This document shows, one piece after another, positions 52,601 through 64,000 of a DNA stretch of 64,000 nucleotides. Under the pieces are notes generated by a model. It worked only from the letters and a program-made list of their open reading frames with translations, searched no databases and was not told the origin of the DNA. The position numbers were made by a program, and so were the translations under genes. Every line of letters starts with the position of its first letter. Within the stretch, counting starts at the first letter, position 1. The DNA comes from Squalus acanthias (Eukaryota): positions 143,656,001-143,720,000 of the forward strand of contig CM059431.1 in the NCBI GenBank assembly GCA_030390025.1, read 5' to 3'.

Positions 52601-52627
52601 TGTGGCTGTGAAACCGAGTCTTGGCAG
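49615..52627 (-). mobile_element. Penelope-like retroelement, ~3.0 kb, long ORF with at least two in-frame stops
   Basis: 12-bp TSD attcattgtgac (49603-49614, 52628-52639); ORFs 51333-52262 and 49989-51218 in one frame (PADKG, GVAMG, RYIDD, VYCIRC..LYIGET). Confidence 0.95.
49681..49716 (-). ncRNA. Minimal hammerhead ribozyme motif (core T-to-C variant)
   Basis: Minus strand AGTT CCGACGA A GGGT TTCG ACCT GAAA CG TT AACT; stem III palindrome ACGT. Confidence 0.68.
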
Positions 52628-55224
52628 ATTCATTGTGACCCTATTCTAACATTACTGGTGCTGATTCTACTATAACATTATTGATGGTGACCCTAGTCTA
52701 GCATTATTGGTGGTGACTCTACTCTAACATAACTGGTGGTGACTGTACTCTAACATTACTGGTGGTAACCCTATTCTAACATTACTGGTGTAGACACTTT
52801 GCTAAACGTAATGGTGGCGACTATACACTAACATTACTGTTGATGAACCTACTCTAAAATTGCTGGAGATGACACTATTCTATCATTACTGGTCGTGATC
52901 CTACTCGGACATTACTGGGGATGACGCAATTCTAACATTATTCGTGGTGTACCAAATATAACATTATAGCTAATGACTCTACTCTAACATTACTGCTGGT
53001 GACTCAACTCTAACATTTCTGATGTTGTCTCTTCTCTAATATTACCGGTGGTGATCCTGATCTGACATTACTGCTGGTGACACTATTCCAACATTGCTGG
53101 TGTTGTCTCCTCTCTATTATTACTGGTGGTGTTCCTGCTCTTTCATTACTGCTGCTGACACCAATCTAACATTACTGCTGGTGATCCTACTCTAACATTG
53201 CTGGTGGTGAACAACTCTGACATTACTGGTGTTGACCACATTCTAGCATTACTGGTGGTGAACCTACTCTAACATTATTGGTGGTGACTCTAGTCTAACA
53301 TTACTGGTGCTGACCCTACTCTAACATTACTGGTGGTGATTCTACTCTAACATTACTGGTGGTGAATCTACTCTAACATTACGGGTGGTAACCCTACTCT
53401 ACCAATACTGGTTGCGAACGTAATCTAACCTGATTGGTGGTGACTCTACTGTAACATACCTGGTGGTGACGCTTCTCTAACATTACTGGTGGTGACTCTA
53501 CTGCAACATACCTGGTGGTGACGCTTCTCTGACATTACTGGTGGTGACTCTACTCTATGGTGATGACCCTACTCTAACATGAATAAAGTGGTGACTGTAC
53601 ATTTACATTACTGGTGTTGATCCTCTTCTGAAATTACTAGTGGCGACTCCACTCTAACATTACTATTGATGAAACTACACTAAAATTGATGGTGGTGACT
53701 CTACTATAATATTACTAGTGTTGTCTCTTCTCTAATATTACTGGTGGCGATCCTGCTCTGACATTACTGCTCAGAATACTATTCTAACTTTGCTGCTGGT
53801 GATCCTACTCTAACATTGCTGGTGGTGACGCTACTCTAATGTTACTGCTGGTGATTCTAATCTAGCATTACTGGAGGTGACGCTACTCTAACATTACTGG
53901 TGGTGACGCTACTCTAACATTACTGGTGGTGACTCTACTCTAACATTACTGGAGGTGACGCTACTCTAACCTTACTGGTGGTGATCCTACTCTAACCTTA
54001 CTGGTGGTGTCGCTACTCTAACCTTACTGGTGGTGACGCTACTCTAACATTACTGGTGGTGACTGTACTCTAGCATTACTGGTGGTGACCCTACTCTAAC
54101 ATTACTGTTTTTGACCCTACTCTAACATTACTGTTGGTGACTCTACTCTAACCTTACTTGTGGTGACCCTACACTAACATTACTGGTGGTGACACTACAC
54201 CAACATTACTGTTTTTGACTCTACTCTAACATTACTGGTGGTGACCCTAGTCTAACATTGCTGGTGGTGACCCTACTCTAACATTACTGGTGGTGACTCT
54301 ACTCTAACATTACTGGTGGTGACTTTACTCTAACATTACTGGCGGTGACCCTACTCCAACATTACTGGTGGTAACACTACAATAACATTACTTGTGGTGA
54401 CCCGAGTCTAACATTACTGGTGGTGACCCTACTCTAACATTACTGGTGGTGACCCTAATCTAACATTACTGGTGGTGACCCTACTCCAACATTACTGGTG
54501 GTGACCCTACTCTAATATTACTGGTGGTGACCCTACTGTAACATTACTGGTGGTGACCCTACTCTAACATTAGTGGTGCTGACCCGACTCTAACGTGAGT
54601 GGTGTTGCCTCTATTCTAACGTTACTATTGGCGACTCTACTCTAACATTACTGCTGATGACCCTGCAGTAAAATTGCTGATGTTGACCCAACATTACTGG
54701 TGGTGATCCTATTCTGACATTACTGGTGATGAACCTACTCCAACATTACTGGTCGTGTTTTTATTCTAACGTTACTGGTGGTGACTCTACTCTAACATTG
54801 CTGGTGGTGATCCTACTCTGACATTACTGGTGATGAACCTACTCTAACATTACTGGTGGTGAATTTACTCTAACATTACTGGTGGTGACCCCGCTCTTAC
54901 ATTAGTGATGATGAATCTACTGTAATTTTGCTGCTATTGACCCTACTGAAGCGCTAATGGTACCAGCGCTACATTAACGTTAATCTTGATGATCCTACTC
55001 TAACATTACTGGTGCTGATCCTTCGCTAACATTACTGGTGGTGAACATACTATAATATTACTCTTGGTGAGCTTACTCTAACATCATTGGTGCTGCACCT
55101 TATCTAATGTACTTGTGTCAACCGTAATTTAGCATTACTGGTGACGCTCCTCTCTAGCATTAATGGTGATGTCCATACACTAAAATTCTGGTATAGATCC
55201 GATTCCAACATTCCTTTGTGAAAA

Positions 55225-55570
55225 GGGCTGACTCCCAGGTTTCTGTACAAGGGCCAGACATTTTCACCATATGTATTAATGACTTCGATGAAATAATAGA
55301 CCGCCATGTATCCAAGTTTGAAAATGACACTAAGTTCGGTTGAAGCATAAGTTGTGCCAATAAGATCGAGAAGTTAAAAAGAGACATAGAAAGATTAAAT
55401 GAGTTAGCAAAACTATATCAAATGGTGTTAAATGTCGGCAAGTGTGAAACATCCACAATAAACCAAGAAAGATAACTCGGAGTATTTTCTAAAGGCTATT
55501 AAGCTAGAAACTGTAGTGGAGCATGAGATTCAGAATTTCAAGTTCTTAAATCATTGATAACAAGTACATC
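55225..55570 (+). mobile_element. Old CR1 RT fragment
   Basis: Decayed FTICINDF..SKFENDTK. Confidence 0.65.
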
Positions 55571-55579
55571 GGATCAAAA

Positions 55580-56985
55580 GAAATAGGAGCAGGAGTAGGC
55601 TATTTGGCCCTTCAAGCATGCCCCGCCATTCAATAAGATCATGGCTGATTTTGTACCTCATGTCCACTTACATGAACTATCCCTATATCCCTTGATTCCC
55701 TTAATATTCAAAAAATCTATCGATCACTGTCTTGAATATACTCAACGACTGAGCCTCCACAACCCTCTTGGGTAGAGAATTCCAGAGATTCATAGCCTCT
55801 GAGTGAAGAAATTTCTCCTCATCTCAGTCCTAAATGGCCGATCCCTTATTCTGCGACGGTGACCCATGGTTCGAGACTCCCCAGCCAGGGGAAACATCCT
55901 CCCTGCATCTACACTGTCAAGTCCTGTAAGGATTATATATGTTTCAATGTGCTCACCTCTCATTCTTCTAAACTCTAGAGAATATAGGTCTAGTGTACTC
56001 AATCTGTTCTCATACGACAATCCCCTCAACCCAGGAACCAGTCTGGTGAACCTTCCTTGCACTCCCTCTATGGCAAATATATCCTTCCTCATGTAAGGAG
56101 ACCAAAACTGTAAACAATACTCCAGGTGTGGTCTCACCAGGGCCCAATATATTTGTAGTAAGACGTCTTTACTCTTATACTCAAATCCTTTTTTAATATC
56201 ATTTGCTGTCCTAATTGCTTGCTGAACCTGCATGTTAACTTTAATGATTCGTCTACAAAGACACCCAGCTCCCTCTGAACACCAACATTTCCCAATCTCT
56301 CACCATTTAAAAAATACTCTGCTTTTCTATTTTTGCTACCAAAGTGGATAACATCACATTTTTCCACATTTTCTTCGATTTGCCATGACCTTGCCCATTC
56401 ACCTACACTGTCTATATCCCCTTGAAGCCTCCTTGCATCCTCCTCAAAACTTACATTCCCACCCAACTTTGTATCATCAGCAAACTTGGATATGTTACAT
56501 TTAGTCCCCTCATCCACATCATTGAAGTAGATTGTGAATAGCTGAGGCCCAAACACTGATCCTTGCGGTACCCCACTAGTTACAGCCCACCAACACGAAA
56601 ATGACCCGTTTATTCTTACTCTCTGTTTTCTGGCCGTTAACCAATCCTCAATCCATGCTAGTATATTACCCCCCGTCCCAAGAGCCCTAATTTTGTTGAA
56701 AAATCTCTTGTGCAGCACGTTATCGAATGCCTTCTGAAAATTCACATAAACCACATCCACTGGTTACCAAAAAGCTAATCTGTTAGTTACAAACTCAAAA
56801 AATTCTAACAGGTTTGTCAAACACGATTTCCCTTTCAAAAATCCTAATTGACTCTGCCCAATCCTATTGTTATTTTCTAAGTGCCCTGTTACCACGCCCT
56901 CAAAAGTAGATTCTAGCATTTTCCCTACTACTGATGTCGGGCTAACTGCTCTGTAGTTCCCCGTTTTCTCTCTCCCTCCTTACTA
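55580..56985 (-). mobile_element. CR1 LINE RT and 3' end
   Basis: ORFs 56134-56760 (GVPQGSV, KFADDTK) and 55790-56233. Confidence 0.9.
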
Positions 56986-57004
56986 GGCATAAACAAAAGA
57001 CAAT

Positions 57005-57747
57005 GTCCCAAAAATTAGTGCATCTACGCGAGAGTACGCACTGTGTACTCTCGTGTATTCTGTCTCCAATTGCCGGTTTTCTGCATGCACTGCGCATGCG
57101 CTGAAAACTGGCACTTGGTGATTTCAAAAGGGGGCGGTTCCTAAGTGAACCGCATGCGCGCTACATGCTGCGCGCACGCAGTGCACTTAGTGCTTTGAAC
57201 GCGCAGGTAAGCATGGAAGATTTTGCACATAAGGAAAGGAGGCGTAAGACCCTCTTTTAACAAGGTAAGTAGTTAATTCAGTATTATTTTGAATTTTTTT
57301 CAACAGGTATATCATTTTTAGAGACTTTAAAGAAAGGTAAGTTTATTTTTATAACTTTTTAAAAGATTTTAAATTTTTTCAAAAATTTAATTTTTTGTTT
57401 AAAGTGGTTATTTTATTTAACTATACTTATTTTATTAATGTGATGGGTTTTTAAAAAAAATAATTGAGGTTTAGCTGTTCTTTTGGGGTGGTATAGATTC
57501 ATAGCTTTCACAGCACTTGAGGAGAAAACTATGAATGAAAGATGGTGTACTGCCATTGGCTCTAACTGAATCACGTGATCCCACAGCTCGCGTGAATTAA
57601 CTGCGCCTGTGGGATACGCAAGCACTGCCCAGCTGCTGTCTAGAAAATCAAGTTCGTGCGAGCTCGGAATGAAAAAGCCGGCCCGCAGTGAGATAACGCG
57701 GGGAAGCCTTACCCCCGCACGAAGGCTCCCTGTTTAATTTCTGGGCC
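57005..57747. mobile_element. ~745-bp MITE (same family)
   Basis: aat|gtcccaaaaatt...aatttctgggcc|att; internal sequence matches 43445-44208. Confidence 0.85.
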
Positions 57748-57749
57748 AT

Positions 57750-59620
57750 TGGAAAAAGCAAATTTAATATTGACCTATTTCTTCAGGGTGCTGGAATGCG
57801 ACGGAGGTGACGCTTCAGTTGTTCGGAGCCTCGATCATTCCCAGTACTTCATTCAGATTTGGGCAGCCCTTCCCAGGAAGGATATACTGGCGTTGCAGAG
57901 GGTCCCGCACAGATTCAACAGAATGACACCGGAGCTTAGCGGGTTACATTATGAGGACACCTCGCGGATACCAGGTTCTTATTACATTGAGTATAGAAGA
58001 GTTATTGGTAATCTGATCTCGGTGTTAAAATCTAAAAGGGATTTGATAAGACAGATGTCCGGAGAAACTATTTCCTCTGGCGGCCGAATCAAATAAAGCG
58101 GGAAATAATCTTAAAATGAGATCTAGGTCATTCTGCAGCGATGTCGTGCAGCACTTTTTCACACAAAGGATAGCTAGGAATCTGGAACTCAGTCCCTAAA
58201 AAGACAGTGGAAGCTGGGACACTTGGAGCTTTCAAGACTGAGAAAGAACCAGGCTGCCTTGCAAAGTTTGGAAATATATTAATCTGTTTGATTGAGACGG
58301 CAGGAAATATCATCGTGAGTTGCTCGTGCATTGTGCGGCTGCATGAAAATGGGAATTGAGAAAAAGCATTGCCGGGACAGGGATTTGAAACCCGGACATC
58401 TGACTAAAAGTCTAATGTTCTACCGACTGAGCTGCCGAGTATTTGCTTTGCGGGGTTCACAAAGCGACCTTCCCTGGCTGATATGGATGATACACCCTGC
58501 ACATTTTGCAATTCCTGCTGTCGTAGCGCCGCCTATCCGCAGCATTTCACTCACACACTGCCTCCCACAGTATTAGCTTCACAAACACTCTCCCTCCCTC
58601 CTCCCACACTCTCATTAACAGCCGCGTCTGATCTGACAAGCGCTGCTTCCCAGAGATCTGTAGTGGGGCCTCAAATTAATTTTATTAATGACTTGGATGA
58701 AGCAATACTAAGCTGCCTAATTAAGTTTGAAGATGATACTCAGTTCGGAAGGAGGGTAATTCTTTGTAACGAGAGCGGGAAGTTTCTGAGGGACTGAGAC
58801 AGATTAAGTTAGTTGGGAAAACTATATTAACAGGAGCTTGGTTTCGGAAAATGTGAAGTCCATCACTTTGGAACCAAAAATTATAAATCGGAGAATTTTC
58901 TAAAAGGTTCAAAGCCAGCAAAGGGGAGCAGAGTTTGGAAGTCTGAGTTCTTAATCATTAAAAGCAAATGGACATATACAAGAAACAATGAAAACAGCTA
59001 ATGGAATGTCTTACTTTTTCTCAAGGGTGCAGGAATACAATGATTGTTATGTTTCAGTTGAATAGAACCTTGCAAAGTCCCATCGGGAGTACTGCATTCA
59101 CTTTCAAGCACCACATCTCATGAAGGATATATTGGCTTTGGAGGGGTTGCAGTACAGATTCACCAGAATGATACCGAAATCAAAAAAAGCTTCAATAATC
59201 TTAAAATTTGATCGAGGCCATTATGGAGCGAACTCATGAAGCATATTTTCACACAAATGGTAGTTGGAAATCTGGAACTCAGTCCTCAAAAAGACTAGAA
59301 TCTTGGGACACTTGGAGCTTTCAAGACGGAGAAAGATCAGGCTTTCCTGCAAAATTTCGAAAACTGTTTTGTGGAGACAGCAGGAAATATCGTGAATTTC
59401 TCGTGTTTCATGTGTCCAATTTCACTTTTCTCAAGAGCGCTTGGGTCCAAAGGGGAGGAAGTTATGCTTCCGATGTATAGAACATTGAATAGTCCCATCG
59501 TGAGTACTGTGTTCAGTTTTGGCCATCGGAATAAGTGACTGGGCAAAACTAGGGCAATTGGACTTCAATGAGAGCTAGTGTGAAGTCATCCACTTTGGAA
59601 TGAAGAAAGATCTGGCGTCA
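57750..59620 (+). mobile_element. Cluster of old CR1 fragments
   Basis: ORFs 57749-58096 (RKDILALQRV..RFNRM) and 58483-58797 (FINDLD..KFEDDT). Confidence 0.65.
58370..58440 (-). pseudogene. Degenerate tRNA-Lys(UUU)
   Basis: Minus strand ..AGCTCAGTCGGTAGAACATTAGACTTTTAGTCAGATGTCCGGGTTTCAAATCCCTGTCCCGGCA then TTTTT; resembles vertebrate tRNA-Lys3 with broken acceptor, D and anticodon stems. Confidence 0.75.
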
Positions 59621-59969
59621 GAAGCTCTGTCACAGAACAAGTCTCAAAGGGGTGACCTCAGGGAGATAAGAGGTCGAATATCCGCGAGGCTCACTCGACC
59701 GTCCGCGATTGCTTTGACGGATGGCCCACAGAAATCTTGGGTGTAAATGCCATGAACATTTATGGCGGGCGACCAGGAAAACCTCCTGAAAATTCACCCC
59801 GAAGTGTTCGTATTATGATCTGAGGGCAGGGCAGTGGCAAAACTTCACATAGTCAGTACAACATTGTGGTGATGCGAGTGGATTAGTGCCTAACTTACAC
59901 ACCTTCCACCTCCTTTTGAATATCGATGCCATCCTATTTAATATCGCCAATATTAATTGTTAATGGAAA

Positions 59970-60190
59970 GAAAGATTTGCATTTATATAGCGCCTGTCAC
60001 GACCATCGGACGAACCAAAGCACTTTACAGCCAATGAAGAAAGTTTTGAAATTTAGTCTCTGTTGTAATGTAGGAAAGGCAGCAGCCAATTTGCGCCCAA
60101 CAAGATCTCACAAAGAGCAATGTGATAATGACCAGATAATCTGTTTTCAGTGACGTTGAATGAGGGATAAATATTGCCCATGAGACAATA
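59970..60190 (-). mobile_element. Deu-SINE (SacSINE1/AmnSINE1-like) 3' fragment
   Basis: ttgcatttatatagcgcc..cactttacagccaatgaag..gcagccaatttgcgc..gaccagataatctgtttt..gagggataaatattg. Confidence 0.7.
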
Positions 60191-60249
60191 TTGATTGTTC
60201 GTCATGTAAGTCGGAGATCTCACTCTGTGAAGGTGAACAGGGTCAGTAT

Positions 60250-60815
60250 TGTGTCACTGGAAAAGAGAAGATTGAGAGGAGATATGTTCCCTCTTTTTAG
60301 GGTCCTAATGGGACTAGATAAAGTTGACCATGACAAACCAGTTCACCTTGTGCAAGGCAGTAGAGCCAGAGGATATGACCTGCACTTGAAGGGGTTAAAT
60401 TCAAAACTAATCTGCGTAATCAATATTTCAGTGCGCGCGTGGTCAATCTATGCAACAGGCTCTCGAGGGAGACGGAGGGAGTAATTAGTATTGATAAATT
60501 GAATAAAGTTAGATAAATTTCTTTATAAACTCACATTTTGGGATAGAGTATATGGGTAATTTGAGACATTACATGTGGGTTGTGCAGCATGCTTGGGAGA
60601 AACAGATAATATTTTGAACCTATGATACCCAAAGCTCTCCACCACTGAGGGTTGTCCTCACCTCATGTCTGGGTCTGTTGTAGACTAATTGATAAAGATC
60701 GATTGCAATTATCAGTCAACAAATCCATTATCGCTGTATCGTGTGACTCCCAGGATGGTAGAAGGCGAACTAGATGGCCCTAAATATTTAGTCGGCTAAT
60801 AATTCCTATGTTCGT
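60250..60815 (+). mobile_element. Old CR1 3' fragment
   Basis: SLEKRRLRGDM..GLDKVD..RARG remnant and 3'UTR. Confidence 0.65.
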
Positions 60816-61804
60816 AAAGTAACCACCTTGATCACCTACACTGCAACCGGGATACTAACATGATGTTGAGGTATTGTATGTAAATTACAGGCAGAGTAGG
60901 GACATTTTTACCTTCTCTCTGATGCATGTGCTCCTTGACTAGTCACCCGTAATTACTAGCGTTTATCAGAAAGAATCAAATTCATGGGCTCACAATTCAA
61001 ATGCTCCATATTTTTCACTTTTAAGTCGACGTTTGAATAAAAATAAGCATCCTGTTCAACGCTAACCTCCCGAGTACTTCCTTGACATCGATATATCATT
61101 ATTTTCAGAAAACAGTGAGCGGCCTTGATTAGATTCATACCCTGATGAGTTTGAACAATGGTGGGTGGGAACATCCCTCAGCCTTGTCACATTCAGCAGT
61201 GAAATATTAATGACTCAACACCCTCGCCAGTTGACTTGACCTTGCCAACAAGTCAAAAATGTCAAGTTAAGAACAATTGGGGCATAATTACTCAATGGAA
61301 ACAACCCATCAATCAACAGAAATGGGCTTTATTTTTTCCGCATTACATTTTTAAAGCATGTGGACAGAAAAAAACCTGAGATAAAAATTTATGAAATTAT
61401 ATTTCCTTTCCCTTACATGTTAGCATCATCGTGCACGTGGTAGGTAAGTTTCCTCTGATTGCTATTCCTAATAAAATCATGAAAGCCTGCTTTTAAAACG
61501 CTTTGATACGTATTGCTTGAATCAGTGAATTTAGAAATTCCTCCCTCCCTGTTTATAATGTCAGTAACGACCAGCAGAAATCCATATACTGCATTATATT
61601 CTAAAGCATTAATGTGACTTGAGAATAGTTGTAATGTATATCTAACAATTTTTAAATTGCTCTTAATGCAACGTTACTACAATTACAGAATCGCATTCAA
61701 CTAGAATGGCAAGTTATAGCAGTGTGGAGCGCAGCACCATCAGGAGAGGACAGCCCGACTACTTTCCGGATCTTCACACAGTTTGATGACTGTACTGCCC
61801 AAGG

Positions 61805-62215
61805 CTTTCTCCAGAATAGAGAAGGCCGAGGCGTGACCTGATAGGAGTCTTTAAGATTATGAAAGGTTCGACAGAGTAGATGGAGAGAAAATGTTTTCAC
61901 TTGTCGGAGAGTCCATAACCAGGAGCCATCAAAATAAGATAGTCACGAATAAATCCAATAGGGAATTCAGGAGCAACTTATTTACCCAGAGTTTGGTTAG
62001 AATGTGGAACTTGCTATAATATTGAGTATTTGAGGCAATTAGTATGCATGCATTTTAGGGGAAGCTGTATAAGCACAAGAGACAGAAAGAATAAAAGGAT
62101 ATGCAGGTAGTCTTAAATGAAGAGGGGTTGGAAGAGGCTCGTCTGGAGCATAAATGCCGACACCGGCCAGTTAGGCCGAGTGGGTTCTTTCTGTGCTATA
62201 AACACTATATAACTC
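61805..62215 (+). mobile_element. Old CR1 3' fragment
   Basis: gagaaggccgaggcgtgacctgatagg..tttacccagag..agaatgtggaac. Confidence 0.65.
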
Positions 62216-62399
62216 CATAGCAAAATACTGCAGGTACTATATAACTCCATGTCACTAAATCAGGTGGACAGCGAACTGATCAATGAACACAGTCCGCTGC
62301 TCAGTCTCTCGGACTCCCATGTGTTGCTCAGCTTCAAATTCTCCCTGGAAACAAATTGAAATGTTGTCTGAGGCTCAGCATTGAAGTATTAACGTATCT

Positions 62400-62960
62400 T
62401 TTCAATGCTCTCCTGGCCAATATCCCATCTTGCAATCTCCGTGAACTTGAGTTCATCCAATAACTCTGTTATCCGTAACCTAACTCCCGCCAAGTCCCGT
62501 TCGCTCATCACCCCTGTGCTCGCTCACCTATATTGGCTCCCGGTCAGGCAACACATCGACTTAAAAATTCTCAACTTTTTTTTCAAATGCCTCCATGGCC
62601 TCGCCCTTCCCTATCTCAGTTACCTCCGCTCGTCCTACAACTCTCCGAGACCTCTGCACTCTGCCAATTCCGGCCTCTTGCGCTTCCCTGATTCCAGTCG
62701 CTCCACCATTGGCATTCGTGCCTTCAGCTGCCGAGGTCCTCAGCTCTCGAATTCCCTCCCTAAACCTCTCCGCTCTCTAACTCTCTCTTTCCCTCTTTAA
62801 AACACTCCTTAAAACCTGCCTATTCGATCAAGCTTTTGATCACCTGTCCTATTATCTCATTATGTGTCTTGGTGTTAAATTCTTGTCTGATGACGATCCT
62901 GTGGATGTCTTGGACGTTTTATTACATTAAAGTCGATGCTTAAATGCAATTTGATATTGT
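62400..62960 (+). mobile_element. L2-like LINE 3' fragment
   Basis: ORF 62405-62800 (ITPVLAHLYWLPV, FKCLHGLA, RAFS). Confidence 0.8.
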
Positions 62961-63416
62961 TGTTGTGTGTGTGTATCCACAGATGCTGAATGTTTGTAGC
63001 ATTTTCTGGTTCTCCTTCACAATTAAAGCAACATAAATGTATTTATTTATTTATTTTCTTCCTATTGCGACTCATAAGGTTTGAAATTATTTAGAAACCC
63101 ATTATAAATAAAAGGCAAATAATCTACTGAATTAATTTTCCTATACTGCCAAGAAGACAATGCACGCCATCTTTAAACGGTGATATTTTATTTTAATATA
63201 GTTTATCATGTTATATTTCAAAACTAAAACGTTGGTTATACAAGGAAAAACTAATAGTTTATTTCAAATACCTATCGACCTATAAATCAGACTGTGGAAA
63301 TCCGAAAACGCACAATCCATTCAGGGTATTGTGTCAATTTGGTAGCAATGATGCACTTGGTAAATGTGTAAAAGGTAATGGAGTAATAAGACTAAATACT
63401 TAAGGAATTGATTCAC

Positions 63417-64000
63417 CTGTAACAGTTATTCGCATCACTAATGACGTTACACAGGCTGATATGACAAGAGAAGATGTATCTGATTTAATAGATGTTGAGA
63501 TTGATATTGTACTGACCAGAGAAGATGTATCTGATTTAATAGATGTTGAGATTGTTATTGTACTGACCAGAGAAGATGTATCTGATTTAGTAGATGATAA
63601 AAGTGCTATTGTACTGACCAGTGAATATGTAACTGATTTAATAGATGGTGAAGGTGCTATTTTACTCACCAGAGAAGATGTATCATTTTGTAGATGGTGA
63701 GAGTGTTATTTCACAGATCAGAGAAGATGTTTCTGAATTAGTAGATGGTGAAGGTGCTATTGTACTGACCAGAGAACATGTATCTGATTTAGTAAATGAT
63801 GAAGGTGCTATTGTACTGATCAGAGAAGATGTTTCTGCTTTAGTAGATGGTGCGGCTGTTATTGTACTGATCAGAGAAGATGTATCTGATTTAGAAAGTG
63901 ATGCAGGTGCTTTTGTACTGACCAGAGAAGATGTTGCTGCATTAGTATATGGCGAAGTTGTTATTGTAATGACCAGAGAATATGTTTCTGATTTAGTAGA
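63417..64000 (-). CDS. Mucin-like Ser/Thr-rich exon of 51-bp (17-codon) repeats, running off the window; 2-bp deletion in one unit
   Basis: 11 units with period 51 except one of 49; minus frame SSLVSTIAPSPSTKSDT-like; candidate phase-1 donor ACAG|gtgaat at 63417. Confidence 0.5.

Larger units (their letters stand above)
49050..55180. repeat. 26-bp satellite array (ctactctaacattactggtggtgacc), roughly 120 units, split by a PLE
   Basis: Period 26 (gaccct at 54425 and 54451); segments 49050-49614 and 52628-55180; most homogeneous at ~53850-54580. Confidence 0.95.

Noticed and set aside
52628..55180. CRISPR-like array
   Set aside because: Head-to-tail 26-bp units with no unique spacers, no cas genes, vertebrate context: a satellite
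61706..61786. Short ATG-initiated ORF (MASYSSVERST...)
   Set aside because: Only 26 codons, no recognisable family and no supporting splice structure
63461..63700. Plus-strand acidic repeat protein (TREDVSDL)
   Set aside because: Probably the antisense shadow of the Ser/Thr-rich frame, which has a splice donor; not fully excluded

Overview
Eukaryotic, TE-dense vertebrate DNA, most likely from a cartilaginous fish (HE1-type V-SINE, Deu-SINE fragment, abundant CR1 LINEs; taxon is inference). Most of the window is decayed CR1 and L2 LINEs, Penelope-like elements (PLEs), PIF/Harbinger-like MITEs and tandem repeats; most listed ORFs are fragments or antisense shadows of these. Host content: two paralogous two-exon class A GPCR genes of the GPR139/GPR142-like type on the minus strand (7120-8820 and 46854-48640). 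Each is disabled by a different lesion (a TAG in TM3; a 10-bp deletion after TM6) and each has the same TATA/CCAAT promoter and an upstream 26-bp satellite, i.e. a duplicated receptor cassette. The paralogues are near-identical on the intracellular face and divergent on the ligand-facing side. Four minimal hammerhead-ribozyme motifs with covarying stems sit in PLE terminal repeats, one in a 151-bp TSD-flanked insert. Also present: a mucin-like 51-bp repeat exon at the right edge, a decayed tRNA-Lys(UUU), and candidate exons of an unidentified membrane-protein gene. All calls were made by eye without database searches; TE boundaries are approximate unless a TSD is quoted.
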